Source: a virus (Duplodnaviria > Caudoviricetes). Taken from it: a stretch of 64,000 bases of DNA. Location of the stretch: positions 1 to 64,000 of the IMG/VR virus record IMGVR_UViG_3300049926_000042; one strand, 5' to 3'. How positions within the stretch are numbered: the stretch's first letter is position 1; each line of letters begins with the position of its first letter. Shown piece by piece: positions 47,326 through 56,697 of the stretch. The notes beneath the pieces were generated by a model. That model ran no database searches, had not been told where the DNA came from, and worked only from the letters and a program-made list of their open reading frames with translations. Made by a program: the position numbers and the translations under genes.

Positions 47326-47919
47326 ATGATCCCCACTCGCGCCACCGATGAGCAGTTCTCGCGCTACGTCAGCAACATCATGGACGTGTACGCACGAGCC
47401 ACCGTCGACCAGGAGGCCCGTGGGCGTGCCTGGTACCGCACCGCCCATCAGCTCGCAGATCTGCTGAGCGAGGGCAATGTCCAGGCCGGTGCCGGAGTGC
47501 TCGCAGCACTGAGCGCGAACAAGTCATGGAACCTGAATGTCAGGCTCGCGACGAACGCGTTCGAGACCGGCATGCCCAACGGACACGTCAAGGACGCGCT
47601 CGTGAAGGTCGCGAAGATCATGGCCGGTGCCGACCCTGCTGACGTCCTGCCGATGTCGAGCAAGACCGGCAACTTTTACCGGGCGATTTTGGACCCGTCA
47701 GATCCTGACGCAGTCGTGATCGACCGGCACGCACACGATGTAGCAGTCGGCGAGGTCTTCGGGAACGAAGATCGCGGACTGTCCAACAAGAACAGGTACG
47801 CCACGTTGGCGCACGCATACCGCGAGGCCGCTCGACAGCTCGGAGTGCTTCCGTCCACTGTTCAGGCAGTCACGTGGGTCGTACAGACCGAAGCCCGGTC
47901 ACGCAGAAAGCACGTCTAA
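47326..47919 (+). CDS. HhH-GPD/DNA-glycosylase-like fold protein (DUF7178-like)
   Basis: RAWY..AH, LAALS..SW..N, KTGNFY, VVIDRHA, PSTVQAVTW motifs. Confidence 0.6.
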   Translation: MIPTRATDEQFSRYVSNIMDVYARATVDQEARGRAWYRTAHQLADLLSEGNVQAGAGVLAALSANKSWNLNVRLATNAFETGMPNGHVKDALVKVAKIMAGADPADVLPMSSKTGNFYRAILDPSDPDAVVIDRHAHDVAVGEVFGNEDRGLSNKNRYATLAHAYREAARQLGVLPSTVQAVTWVVQTEARSRRKHV

Positions 47920-47928
47920 GGAACGATC

Positions 47929-48258
47929 ATGGCCACAGGGCGAGAGTTCGAAGAAATGATGTACGCGATGACCGGTCTACCGGCCGACGCTGTCCAGTAC
48001 GCCACCCCGGGCAAGGCACCGGCCGTGCATCTCGACTTCACCGAGCCTGACTCGGAAGTTGGGGACACCGTGATCTTCCGGGAGTCGCTCGACTGGGGCG
48101 ACGAATGGGAGTTCGGCCACGTGGCCGTCACTGCCCCCGGGCCCGACAACGACATGATCGTCTTGTGGGACGACGGCACGACAACCGTCGAGATCGTCGC
48201 GACAACTCACACGGTCGCCCCGGCGTTCCGGATCCTGCGAGACGAAGCGACCGTTTGA
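47929..48258 (+). CDS. hypothetical protein
   Basis: AAGGAA RBS with GATCATG start. Confidence 0.6.
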   Translation: MATGREFEEMMYAMTGLPADAVQYATPGKAPAVHLDFTEPDSEVGDTVIFRESLDWGDEWEFGHVAVTAPGPDNDMIVLWDDGTTTVEIVATTHTVAPAFRILRDEATV

Positions 48259-48336
48259 TTCCCTGCGCGCGGCGGGTGCCGGTCACGTACCGGCACCCTC
48301 CGGGCATCAGGGCCCAAAGGATCAAGGGAGTACCCC

Positions 48337-49512
48337 ATGAAGCTCAACCTCCGCAACGGCAGCCTGATGGAGCTGGACGCCGAACTCCGCGAGCAGAAGG
48401 AGCGGCAGGCCGATCTGATCGTTCCCGCTCGCGATCTGTGGTCGCGAAACGGTTCCGTACTGGTCCGTGATGCCGGAGTGCCTGTCTTCTCTGACACCGG
48501 GATGACCACCCAGCACCTGAACCTGTCGCCGTCTCCCGTGTTCGACGAGGGTCTGTCCGGCAAGCTGTCCTTGCCGCGTGCCTACGTGCGCACACTGCGC
48601 GAGAGCGGCCGGACCGACATCCTCGACAACATGATCAACCGGACGCTCCACGGCAATGAGGACATCCCGAGCGCCGTCGCCGATGACCGGAAGTTCATGG
48701 TCCGCACCTTCACCGCCGCGAAAGAGAACGGCGTGGGGTACGCTCGCGCGCTGCTCTCGAACAGCTACAAGCCGATCGACAACTGGGACGTCTTGAACGC
48801 GGTGATCATGGGAATGACCGCCGCCGGTCTGGACGCCCACGTCGTCCGACAGGCCGATCTGACGGACCGTCGGATGTACGTCAAGATCGTCGTTCCCGAG
48901 GTTCAGGCACTCGCGCCCAACCTCCTCCGCAACTACGTCTCCCCCTACAGCCGGAACCGTGGGGCCGACAACCCGACCGTGTTCGCGGGCCTCGTGATCA
49001 AGAACAGTGAGACCGGCGGATCCGCCTTCACGATCACGCCGGAACTGACCGTCGAGATCTGCACCAACGGCATGACGATCACCCAGGACGCGATCCGGAA
49101 GACCCACCTCGGGTCCAAGCTCGAAGAGGACGGACTGATCAAGGTCTCGAACGAGACCCAGCAGGCCAACCTCGCGCTGATCACCGCTCAGACGAAGGAC
49201 GCGGTGAACACCTTCCTGGACGTCGACTACATGAAGAACGTCATCGACCGCATCGAGCGTCAGGCGGGCACCGAACTGGTCGCCCCGCAGGACGTCGTGC
49301 AGTCGATCGTCAAGCGGGCAGCGTTCACCGCTGCCGACGCGGACGGGATCATGGACGCCTTCATCAAGGGTGCTGACGTCACCCGTGGCGGGATGTTCAA
49401 CGCGATCACTGCTTACTCGCAGCGCGTCGAGGACGCCGATCACGCCTACGAAATGGACGCTGACGCCCTCGCGGCCGTCGGTATGGTCGGAGTGTCCGGC
49501 CGTTCCGCCTGA
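48337..49512 (+). CDS. DUF932-family protein
   Basis: RALLSNSYKPIDN, RMY.K, GLVIKNSETG, ICTNGM motifs. Confidence 0.75.
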   Translation: MKLNLRNGSLMELDAELREQKERQADLIVPARDLWSRNGSVLVRDAGVPVFSDTGMTTQHLNLSPSPVFDEGLSGKLSLPRAYVRTLRESGRTDILDNMINRTLHGNEDIPSAVADDRKFMVRTFTAAKENGVGYARALLSNSYKPIDNWDVLNAVIMGMTAAGLDAHVVRQADLTDRRMYVKIVVPEVQALAPNLLRNYVSPYSRNRGADNPTVFAGLVIKNSETGGSAFTITPELTVEICTNGMTITQDAIRKTHLGSKLEEDGLIKVSNETQQANLALITAQTKDAVNTFLDVDYMKNVIDRIERQAGTELVAPQDVVQSIVKRAAFTAADADGIMDAFIKGADVTRGGMFNAITAYSQRVEDADHAYEMDADALAAVGMVGVSGRSA

Positions 49513-49627
49513 ACCCTGCCCAACGCCCGGGAATCGCTGCTGTGGCGGTCCCTAGGCCCGAAGTGATGGGATTGCATCACCGACCGGCCGTGCGCCTCAC
49601 AGAGAGGCGTACAGCCGGTCCACACAT

Positions 49628-49730
49628 GACCCCGCAGGTGCATGCTCGGAGATAGCTACCGGGCCCCTCATCCCCGACGTGCGCACGGTAGGGAGGCGGG
49701 TTAAGACCGGTTCGATTCCGGTCGGGGTCA
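49628..49730 (+). ncRNA. tRNA-like element with perfect acceptor stem + T arm and non-canonical interior
   Basis: GACCCCG...ACCGG-TTCGATT-CCGGT-CGGGGTC-A; about 70-nt interior lacks standard D/anticodon arms. Confidence 0.5.
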
Positions 49731-49799
49731 CTCATTTGTATGAATGGATACATCCAGTTTTCCCAAGATCAGATGATCTTCCCCGGATAGGAAACGATC

Positions 49800-50150
49800 A
49801 TGCGCTCGGCAACTTCATCCAGATTCCTCAGCGATCTTCGCAACGCGATCTTCGATGAGCGACCCGTCACCATCTCCTATGTCACAGAGTCCGGCGATCA
49901 CGTCGTCCGGACCATCGAGCCCTACTCGATCATGAAGGTCGAGAGTAGCGGGCATCACCTGATCAAGGCCATGGACCGTGAGCGTCTCGCTCACCGGTCC
50001 TTCCGGCTGGACCGGATCACCGCCTACACCGTGGCCGGTCACCGAAGCAGGTTTCTGATCAACCGACCCAAGCCGGTTGCCGCGCACGAGATTGAGCGCG
50101 GCGATTGGTCCGAAGCAACGTACGACCCGGACGGAGCCTACGGATCATGA
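49800..50150 (+). CDS. stand-alone WYL-domain protein
   Basis: LRNAI..RPVTISY..RTIEPY..L.A.D..R..RSFRLDRI motif. Confidence 0.85.
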   Translation: MRSATSSRFLSDLRNAIFDERPVTISYVTESGDHVVRTIEPYSIMKVESSGHHLIKAMDRERLAHRSFRLDRITAYTVAGHRSRFLINRPKPVAAHEIERGDWSEATYDPDGAYGS

Positions 50151-50317
50151 CGACCGTCTCGACCACGAAGCCCGCCCGCCGGAACCTCCGGCGGGCCACG
50201 GCAACGAAGAGCTTGCACGCGATGAGCGATCACCGCTTCTACGCGTATCTGATCTATCGGCTGATCATGGCCGCGTTGATCGCCGCCGTCCTGCTACCGA
50301 TCACCTGGAAGGCGTGA
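50147..50317 (+). CDS. small membrane protein
   Basis: Basic N-terminus with C-terminal TM helix; coupled. Confidence 0.45.
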   Translation: MTTVSTTKPARRNLRRATATKSLHAMSDHRFYAYLIYRLIMAALIAAVLLPITWKA

Positions 50318-50319
50318 TC

Positions 50320-50706
50320 ATGAGGAACTTCGATGGACCGTCTCCACTCACACAACTCCAGCAGGAGACGGCCGACCAGTTCGGGTACGGGAGCGCGAGG
50401 CTCAGTGCCTCACGCCGGACCCTAGACGGGGCCTTGGTCAAGGCTTTTGACCTCGGGGTCGAGGCCATGGGCGCCAGGCCGAGGGTTGTCCCCGACCGCC
50501 CGGCCAAATACGTCGTGTCACTGGAGCGCGATTCGATCCAGCTGTACGACGAAGACGATCTTATCCAGTACGACACCAAGGAAGAAGCCGGAGAAGCCAT
50601 CAGGAACGGCGTCCACGGCGAGGCCGGTACGCGATACGTCCTCCGGGTCGAACTGTCCGTGAACGCCACGTACGACCGAGCATGGATCGCGATCCGCAAT
50701 GACTGA
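50320..50706 (+). CDS. hypothetical protein
   Basis: GATCATG start after the upstream stop. Confidence 0.6.
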   Translation: MRNFDGPSPLTQLQQETADQFGYGSARLSASRRTLDGALVKAFDLGVEAMGARPRVVPDRPAKYVVSLERDSIQLYDEDDLIQYDTKEEAGEAIRNGVHGEAGTRYVLRVELSVNATYDRAWIAIRND

Positions 50707-51000
50707 TCACGAACACGTCATCGAGACGACGGCCGCCGATCTCCGGGAGATCATAGAGTCCACCCTCCGGTCTTTCGTGACGTCCGGAGGGGACGGAGAC
50801 TCAACCGGCGGCGGTCAGTATCCTCTCGGGTCAGCGATCGAAGAGTCCGGAGGAGAGAAATGAAGATGGAGAGAATCCAGATCCGCAAGACTGCCCGGCC
50901 GACCACTACTCGACCCGAGGACCACCGGACACCTTCCGGCCGTCCGATGCGCTACTGAGACCGGCGTCCCGCCACCCTCTCCGGGCGGGACGCCACCCAA

Positions 51001-51072
51001 GCGTCTGTATCCCAGTCGGCAGAGGAACAGCCTCAAAAGCTGAAAGCGCGGGTTCGATCCCCGCCAGGCGCA
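51001..51072 (+). tRNA. tRNA-Leu(CAA), short variable loop
   Basis: Acceptor GCGTCTG/CAGGCGC; D arm; anticodon loop CT-CAA-AA in a CAGC/GCTG stem; T arm GCGGG-TTCGATC-CCCGC. Confidence 0.8.
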
Positions 51073-51117
51073 CTCAATCCGGGCCGGGCGGCCCGGTTCT
51101 CGTGAGGAGACGAGATC

Positions 51118-51465
51118 ATGACCCACAACGATGACGTGATCCGGGCACTGGCCACCCTCCGCACCTTCACCGGCGCGCACGGGCACATGCTCCCCGGGCA
51201 GATCGTCCAGGCAATCAACGTGCTCGACAACGCAGGCGTCTTCGCCGCTCTGGATGAACAGACCGACTACGTCACGGCAGCCGAGATGGCAGCTGAATCC
51301 GCCGCGATATCGGCGACTGATCCCTGGACGAACATCGCCCCAGACGAAGCACTTCAGGTGATGCACAACACCTGGAACCGGCGCGATGATCACGGCCACC
51401 GGGTGACAGTCAAGAGCGCGGCCGAACGCAAGATGACCGGGGACGACAATCTCCGGTACTCATAA
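51118..51465 (+). CDS. hypothetical protein
   Basis: GAGGAG RBS with GATCATG start. Confidence 0.65.
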   Translation: MTHNDDVIRALATLRTFTGAHGHMLPGQIVQAINVLDNAGVFAALDEQTDYVTAAEMAAESAAISATDPWTNIAPDEALQVMHNTWNRRDDHGHRVTVKSAAERKMTGDDNLRYS

Positions 51466-51588
51466 CGATCTCCGACACAGCCCCCGCCCGTTGCCCCGTC
51501 AGGGAGCACGGTGACCAATCCGGAAGGGCGACCTGAAACAGAGAGATCACATCACCCGGATAGGAACCTCAGGAGAGAGGGATCAATC

Positions 51589-51990
51589 ATGATGACTCGC
51601 GAGCGTGCGATGAGGATCATCAACAACGAGATCACGTTCCACCCTATGTGGAAGATCAGTGCGGAACTTCGTCTCTACGACGCGCTGTTCGGAGGGAACA
51701 CCTTCGGTCTCAGGTTCGCGTACGGGTCGGTGGAGACCAACTTCCTCCCGGACTCGGTCGAGCCGGTGGACATCGACATGACGGCCACGTTCGAGTTCGA
51801 TCCGTATTGGTCGGAGCAGGATCTTCTGCGCGCCGTCCTCAACACTGCCCTACTCATTCAGGAGCACGAGGCCCGCGAGATGTTCAAGGTCAACGGTGTG
51901 GGGGTGTTCAACCCGCACCGGTTGGACGGGAACGAGGCCTGGGACAACACGGCGAAGGTCACCCAGACCCTTGTCACGTCCTCCGCCTGA
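51589..51990 (+). CDS. hypothetical phage protein
   Basis: GGAGAGAGG RBS; IQEHEAREMFKVNG..VFNPH motif. Confidence 0.65.
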   Translation: MMTRERAMRIINNEITFHPMWKISAELRLYDALFGGNTFGLRFAYGSVETNFLPDSVEPVDIDMTATFEFDPYWSEQDLLRAVLNTALLIQEHEAREMFKVNGVGVFNPHRLDGNEAWDNTAKVTQTLVTSSA

Positions 51991-52090
51991 CGGATCACTT
52001 GCCCCCGGCCGTCTCTTGTGCGGCCGGGGGCACTGCTGAACCTTCGTAGTACATCCATAAATTTTCCCTTGATCGGGAAGGGTCCGGATC

Positions 52091-52360
52091 ATGAACACCG
52101 AAGAGCTGTCCCTGTACGCCATCGACAGCCACCGCCCTATCGTCGTCAGTCCGGAGATCGTCTGCGCCGTGGCGTTCGCCGCCCGGCTGGGATGGAGCGA
52201 GAGGACCACCTACCGGTTCGTCACCGCCGTGGTGCTGACCGACAATCTTCGCGATCGAGCCCTGTGGCCGGAGATCATGCGCAAGGTCAAGAACCTTCAG
52301 GTAAACGCCGACCTGGCAGCTCTGGAGATCGGCCAAGACGTACGAGGAGACATCGAGTAG
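52091..52360 (+). CDS. hypothetical protein
   Basis: GATCATG start. Confidence 0.6.
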   Translation: MNTEELSLYAIDSHRPIVVSPEIVCAVAFAARLGWSERTTYRFVTAVVLTDNLRDRALWPEIMRKVKNLQVNADLAALEIGQDVRGDIE

Positions 52361-52362
52361 TC

Positions 52363-52839
52363 ATGAGGGACGTCCTCGAAACCCAGCTCCGGATGTTCGC
52401 CGACCCGATGGCGATCGTCGTCAAGACGGAACGCAAGGCCGGATGGTCGGACGAGAGGCTCCAGAAGGAGCACACCACGGCCGTCAAGAAAGCGATCACC
52501 GATCAACGGCTGAAGCTGGTCGAGTGGCGCGAACAGGACGATCTCAAGACGATCGAGGCCGGGAAGTGGAAGGACCCCGAATGGGCGGAGGTCGGCAACT
52601 GGGCGTACGGACAAGGCGCGGCAAGGAAGGCTGCCGCCCTGGCCGAACACGCCGAACGGTTCGCCAACATGCGCAAGATCGAAGGGACCCTGAGGGACCC
52701 CACCTACTTCAGCAGAGTGACACCGGCCAAAGCCCGCGAGGGATTCGCCAAGGTCGGGTACGCCAAGGACCCGGCAGCGGCCGGTGCCAAAATCATGAGC
52801 AAGTACGGCGATCACGCCGTCACGTTCGAGGAGATCTGA
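52363..52839 (+). CDS. hypothetical protein
   Basis: GAGGAG RBS; adjacent to the upstream stop. Confidence 0.6.
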   Translation: MRDVLETQLRMFADPMAIVVKTERKAGWSDERLQKEHTTAVKKAITDQRLKLVEWREQDDLKTIEAGKWKDPEWAEVGNWAYGQGAARKAAALAEHAERFANMRKIEGTLRDPTYFSRVTPAKAREGFAKVGYAKDPAAAGAKIMSKYGDHAVTFEEI

Positions 52840-52841
52840 TC

Positions 52842-53204
52842 ATGGTGTTTCTTGAGAACGCCGACCCGCCCAAGCACACCGGCGGCGAGAGGTTCACCCG
52901 GTCATTCGCCCTGCGCGAGCAAGGCAGTGACTACGACATCCGGGGTGAGTACGTCCAGTTCGAGTTCCGCCCCGAGATGGTGTACGTCGTCTGGGAGCGC
53001 GCGTTGGGCGGTACCTGGCAGCGCGCGAACTATTTCAAACGAGGCAGCAGGATCGAGGGCCACCGCGTGCTGAAGTCGGGTGAGCTGGGAGATCAGACGG
53101 CAATGGCTCAGGTCTTCACCCGTCAGGAGTTCACCGACTACGCCCATAGCATCCCCGGTCTCGTCGAGGCCGTGAAAGAGGCCGAGAAAGGCCTCCCCGA
53201 GTAA
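52842..53204 (+). CDS. hypothetical protein
   Basis: GAGGAG RBS with GATCATG start. Confidence 0.6.
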   Translation: MVFLENADPPKHTGGERFTRSFALREQGSDYDIRGEYVQFEFRPEMVYVVWERALGGTWQRANYFKRGSRIEGHRVLKSGELGDQTAMAQVFTRQEFTDYAHSIPGLVEAVKEAEKGLPE

Positions 53205-53386
53205 TCATCGGCCGGACAGGCACAGAGAGGCTTGATCATGGCAATCGTGACGATCTTCATAGAGATCGACACCGACACCCCTGTCGAGGCGATCACCTCC
53301 GCCTACAACGACATCCCCCGTGAGTTCAACATCGTCGGACAGACGATCGACGACGTACCCGTGGACGAGGAAGGAGACCCGATCTG

Positions 53387-53704
53387 ATGGCGAACGCCGC
53401 GTCCGTGAGTAGGTTCCTCGGGGAGCTGATGAACACCCGGAGCATGACCTATACGACCCGGGTCAAGGGCTGGAATCACTTCACCGCCGGGTATCAGGTC
53501 ACCAGGTACAACGACAAGGGGATCGTCAAGGTCGAGCACACCATGGGGGACGGACGCTCGACGATGGCGTTCCCCGAACGCCGGGCCGGGGTCGCAGCGA
53601 AGATCGAGGAATATCGCAAGGAACTGTCTGAGCGATACGACGTCGAGGTCTGCAACGCCGACAACCCGAGCGGGGTGCCCTATCTGCTGGTCCGCTCGTA
53701 CTGA
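53387..53704 (+). CDS. hypothetical protein
   Basis: AAGGAG RBS. Confidence 0.6.
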   Translation: MANAASVSRFLGELMNTRSMTYTTRVKGWNHFTAGYQVTRYNDKGIVKVEHTMGDGRSTMAFPERRAGVAAKIEEYRKELSERYDVEVCNADNPSGVPYLLVRSY

Positions 53705-53746
53705 CGTAAGACGGCTGACGGCGGGAGCCGACAATCCCGCCACCCC

Positions 53747-53815
53747 GGGCCCGTAGCTCAACGGCAGTAGCAAGCCTCGTTGCAGACGACTCCGGTTCGA
53801 CTCCGGACGGGTCCA
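53747..53815 (+). tRNA. degenerate tRNA, possibly Cys(GCA)
   Basis: Acceptor GGGCCCG/CGGGTCC, TAGCTCAA..GG D arm and perfect T arm. The anticodon stem is only 3 bp around TT-GCA-GA and there is almost no variable loop. Confidence 0.55.
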
Positions 53816-53856
53816 CGCATCACCTCATCACCCCTAAGGATCAAGGGAGTCGGATC

Positions 53857-54087
53857 ATGTCGGAAGCATACCGACGCGCACGACGGGACAAGGACGGCAC
53901 CGCCGCCGGGCAGGCGATCATGGACGCCGTCTCGGGGAACTACAGCTCGGACGCGGTGCAGAGCTTGCATCACGTAGCCCGGATGAATCAGACGGAGATC
54001 AACGCTCCGGATATCGAGGAGGAGGAGGCCCAGACCGCCAACGTCCAGGTGAACAACTTCTTCGGCCGGGGGAGGCGGAAGGCATGA
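53857..54087 (+). CDS. hypothetical protein
   Basis: GGGAG RBS with GATCATG start. Confidence 0.55.
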   Translation: MSEAYRRARRDKDGTAAGQAIMDAVSGNYSSDAVQSLHHVARMNQTEINAPDIEEEEAQTANVQVNNFFGRGRRKA

Positions 54088-54332
54088 GGGCTGTCAAGAC
54101 CAACGCCTTCATCTGGGCAGCCGTGATCGTGGTCATCGGGCTTAACGAGAGCCTGGCACTGCCTGCCGCAATCGTCGGCTTTCTGTTCGCGGTCATTCCG
54201 GCGTTCACCGCTCCCAAGGTGGTCCCGGTCAGCAACCACGAGAACGGCCACCACGCCGGAACGCTGTACCGGCTGGAGCATCCCGGCCAGCATCAGATGC
54301 CCCGCAATCCGTTGCCGGGCGACTACAAGTAG
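54084..54332 (+). CDS. small membrane protein
   Basis: Two TM segments; coupled. Confidence 0.55.
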   Translation: MRAVKTNAFIWAAVIVVIGLNESLALPAAIVGFLFAVIPAFTAPKVVPVSNHENGHHAGTLYRLEHPGQHQMPRNPLPGDYK

Positions 54333-54369
54333 ATAGCATCGGCCGGACGGGAGCCGTAATCCCGTCACC

Positions 54370-54440
54370 GCCCCTGTAGCTCAATGGCAGAGCCGCTGTT
54401 TCGTAATCAGCAGACGTCGGTTCGACACCGGCCGGGGGCT
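54370..54440 (+). tRNA. tRNA-Thr(CGT)
   Basis: Acceptor GCCCCTG/CGGGGGC; D arm GCTC-AATGGCA-GAGC; loop TT-CGT-AA; T arm GTCGG-TTCGACA-CCGGC. Confidence 0.88.
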
Positions 54441-54470
54441 CTTGTGTTGCCCGGAGAGGGAGAAAGGATC

Positions 54471-54716
54471 ATGAGCAGACACGACTACATCTATCAGGGC
54501 GTGATCGTCGATACGGTCGACCACAAACGTGGAAGTCTGTGGGGTCATGCCCGGGATGACGATGAAGAGATCCACCCCAAGGATCTGATCGACACCGCGA
54601 TTCGGAAGTTCACCGAGGACCCTCAGCTGATCGCGAAGGGCTGGGACAAAGACAAGATCAAAGTCACCTGGTTCGTCTGGACCGAAGACCCGATACACGA
54701 GATCGAAGAGGACTGA
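54471..54716 (+). CDS. hypothetical protein
   Basis: GAAAGGATCATG start. Confidence 0.6.
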   Translation: MSRHDYIYQGVIVDTVDHKRGSLWGHARDDDEEIHPKDLIDTAIRKFTEDPQLIAKGWDKDKIKVTWFVWTEDPIHEIEED

Positions 54717-54718
54717 TC

Positions 54719-54937
54719 ATGGAGCGCGGTTTCGAGATCTTGACGCTGCCCTACATGCCCGCGTATCACACCTGGCAGGAACACCTCGACGGATGCGCGC
54801 AGTGTCTCAAGGTCGAATTGCGTGCGACGCAGGGGGAGATGGTTCCGGACAGCGAACTCTGCTCGATCGGTGAGCCCCTGGTTCACGAGCTGGAGGACGC
54901 GATCTTTCAGCAGCACATCCTGTCCGTACAGAACTGA
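54719..54937 (+). CDS. hypothetical protein with Cys/His motif
   Basis: HLDGCAQC..LCSIG pattern. Confidence 0.55.
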   Translation: MERGFEILTLPYMPAYHTWQEHLDGCAQCLKVELRATQGEMVPDSELCSIGEPLVHELEDAIFQQHILSVQN

Positions 54938-55304
54938 GGAGAGTTCATGTGGGTCTGGGTGATCGACGCGGCTCTGGGGATGGCCGGTTACGGGGGCGTC
55001 AAGGCGACGCTCAAGTACCTCGCCACCGGCCAGAAGCCGGGTGACGGAAAGTCCAAGAAGGGCGGAAAGTGATCATGGCGTGGTTCAGGAAGAACGACAC
55101 CGAGGACAGTGCGCGGGACATGGTCGGCCGGAACCCGACCGGACGTGAGCGCAGGCCTTCGGCCGGTCAGCGTCGCAAGGCGGCGCGTCGACTCGAACAG
55201 GATCTGAAGGGATCCAAGTACGAACGATGATCCGGCTACTGGGCATGGTGGGCGTCTCCGGACGTCCACCGTGCCAGGCAACCGGCCTGAGTAGGAGGAA
55301 CATC

Positions 55305-55499
55305 ATGGGTCTCAGATTCCGGAAGAGGTTCAAGCTCTTCCCCGGTGTCTTCATCAACGTGAGCAAGTCAGGGCTGTCGACCACCCTCAAGGCGGGGCCG
55401 GTCAGTCACACCACCGGCCACGGCCGGAAGACCACCTCCGTCAACCTGCCCGGCCCGTTCGGCTGGACGAAGACGACCAGGAAGGGGCGCCAGTCATGA
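55305..55499 (+). CDS. DUF4236-like protein
   Basis: MGLRFRKRFKLFPGVFINVSKSGLS..G...T.NLPG motif. Confidence 0.8.
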   Translation: MGLRFRKRFKLFPGVFINVSKSGLSTTLKAGPVSHTTGHGRKTTSVNLPGPFGWTKTTRKGRQS

Positions 55500-55945
55500 C
55501 ACAGTCAGGAGTCCACAAGGCACCGGCCCGGGTGTACCCGACCGACCCCAAGAAGGTGGCCGCAGAGACCCTGCGGCTGATCCGGCTCAACTGGGAACGG
55601 TTCGACATGCATACCTGGGCGGACCTGGAGGAAGACGCCGTGGTCTTTCCGGACGGGGACTACTGCGGCACATCCATGTGCGCGGCCGGGTGGGCAGTCC
55701 ACGCTGCCGGATGGGTGATCAAGTTCATTTTCAGCGAGCGTGGTGAATGGATGGTCAGGACCACGGACCCGGAGAGCGGGGAAGAGCTGAGCATCCCCTT
55801 CGCCGCTGCCAAGATCCTTAATCTGACCTACGACCAGACGTTCTGGTTCGCCTCGGAAGAGGCGGCCCTCAACCGTCTGCAAGCCATCGCCGACGGACAC
55901 CCCGTCAGCAACTTCGAAAGCGGGAGGCGGGACGAGCAGTCATGA
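55496..55945 (+). CDS. hypothetical phage protein
   Basis: FDM.TW..CGTSMCAAGWAV motif. Confidence 0.65.
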   Translation: MTQSGVHKAPARVYPTDPKKVAAETLRLIRLNWERFDMHTWADLEEDAVVFPDGDYCGTSMCAAGWAVHAAGWVIKFIFSERGEWMVRTTDPESGEELSIPFAAAKILNLTYDQTFWFASEEAALNRLQAIADGHPVSNFESGRRDEQS

Positions 55946-56373
55946 ACAACACCGAGCGCCTACTCTCCGACGCACTGATCAAGGGGCTCGGGTACACCCG
56001 CGAAGCGGCCGATCACACCGTGATCGAATACCGGATCGATGTCCTGGAGGACAGTGATCACGAGGCGTACCGGATCCTGGCCGACAACATCAGGTCAGCG
56101 ATCCGGGAGGACGGCACAGACCCCTGCGTCTGGACGGCCGGTCGGTCGGAGTTGTCGGCGATCACGCTATATGTGCTCTGGCTGCCAGACATGATCAAGC
56201 ATCAGACGGCCGGAAACATCTACAGGGAGTGGATCAACTCTCGGACACCCGGTCAGTGGGAAATGGCGTCAAAGATCGCCGACTCCATAGACCCCTTCGA
56301 ACGAAGTAGCGGAGGCCAGTGGATCCGCAAGAGCGACGGTCTGCCGGTCCCCTGGCCGATCGTCCGAGACTGA
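55942..56373 (+). CDS. hypothetical protein
   Basis: Coupled ORF. Confidence 0.6.
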   Translation: MNNTERLLSDALIKGLGYTREAADHTVIEYRIDVLEDSDHEAYRILADNIRSAIREDGTDPCVWTAGRSELSAITLYVLWLPDMIKHQTAGNIYREWINSRTPGQWEMASKIADSIDPFERSSGGQWIRKSDGLPVPWPIVRD

Positions 56374-56391
56374 AGAACGAGGAGAAAGATC

Positions 56392-56643
56392 ATGACCACA
56401 ACCGCAGGCCTGAACCTCGGGGATCTCGTGCATGAGGATCTCAACATGGGGGACGGCGAATACACCCGCCGGACCGTCGAGGTGACCACGATCGAGGACG
56501 GCGAGGTCTTCTACCGGGCCTTCCCCCGTCAGGTCTACTTCGTGACCGGCGTGGACGTCCTGACCCGTAAGAAGGTCAAGTGGACGAAGACCCCCTACGA
56601 CCAGATGAGTGTCACCCGGGCGGTGGATCTGCCCAAGATCTGA
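56392..56643 (+). CDS. hypothetical protein
   Basis: GAGGAG RBS with GATCATG start. Confidence 0.6.
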   Translation: MTTTAGLNLGDLVHEDLNMGDGEYTRRTVEVTTIEDGEVFYRAFPRQVYFVTGVDVLTRKKVKWTKTPYDQMSVTRAVDLPKI

Positions 56644-56697
56644 GACACTGCGGCCGGGAGCCGCTGCGGCGAGAGCACCCGCAGTGTCTCCCGGATC

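Larger units (their letters stand above)
45649..47328 (+). repeat. start-associated repeat ACGGACNNAGGAGCCGA(T/C)CATG-like, 5 copies
   Basis: Copies at 45649, 45932, 46517, 46979, 47307, each ending in the ATG of a gene. Confidence 0.85.

Noticed and set aside
49628-49730. tmRNA
   Set aside because: Far too short, with no tag ORF and no G3-U70 Ala identity pair; kept only as a tRNA-like element.
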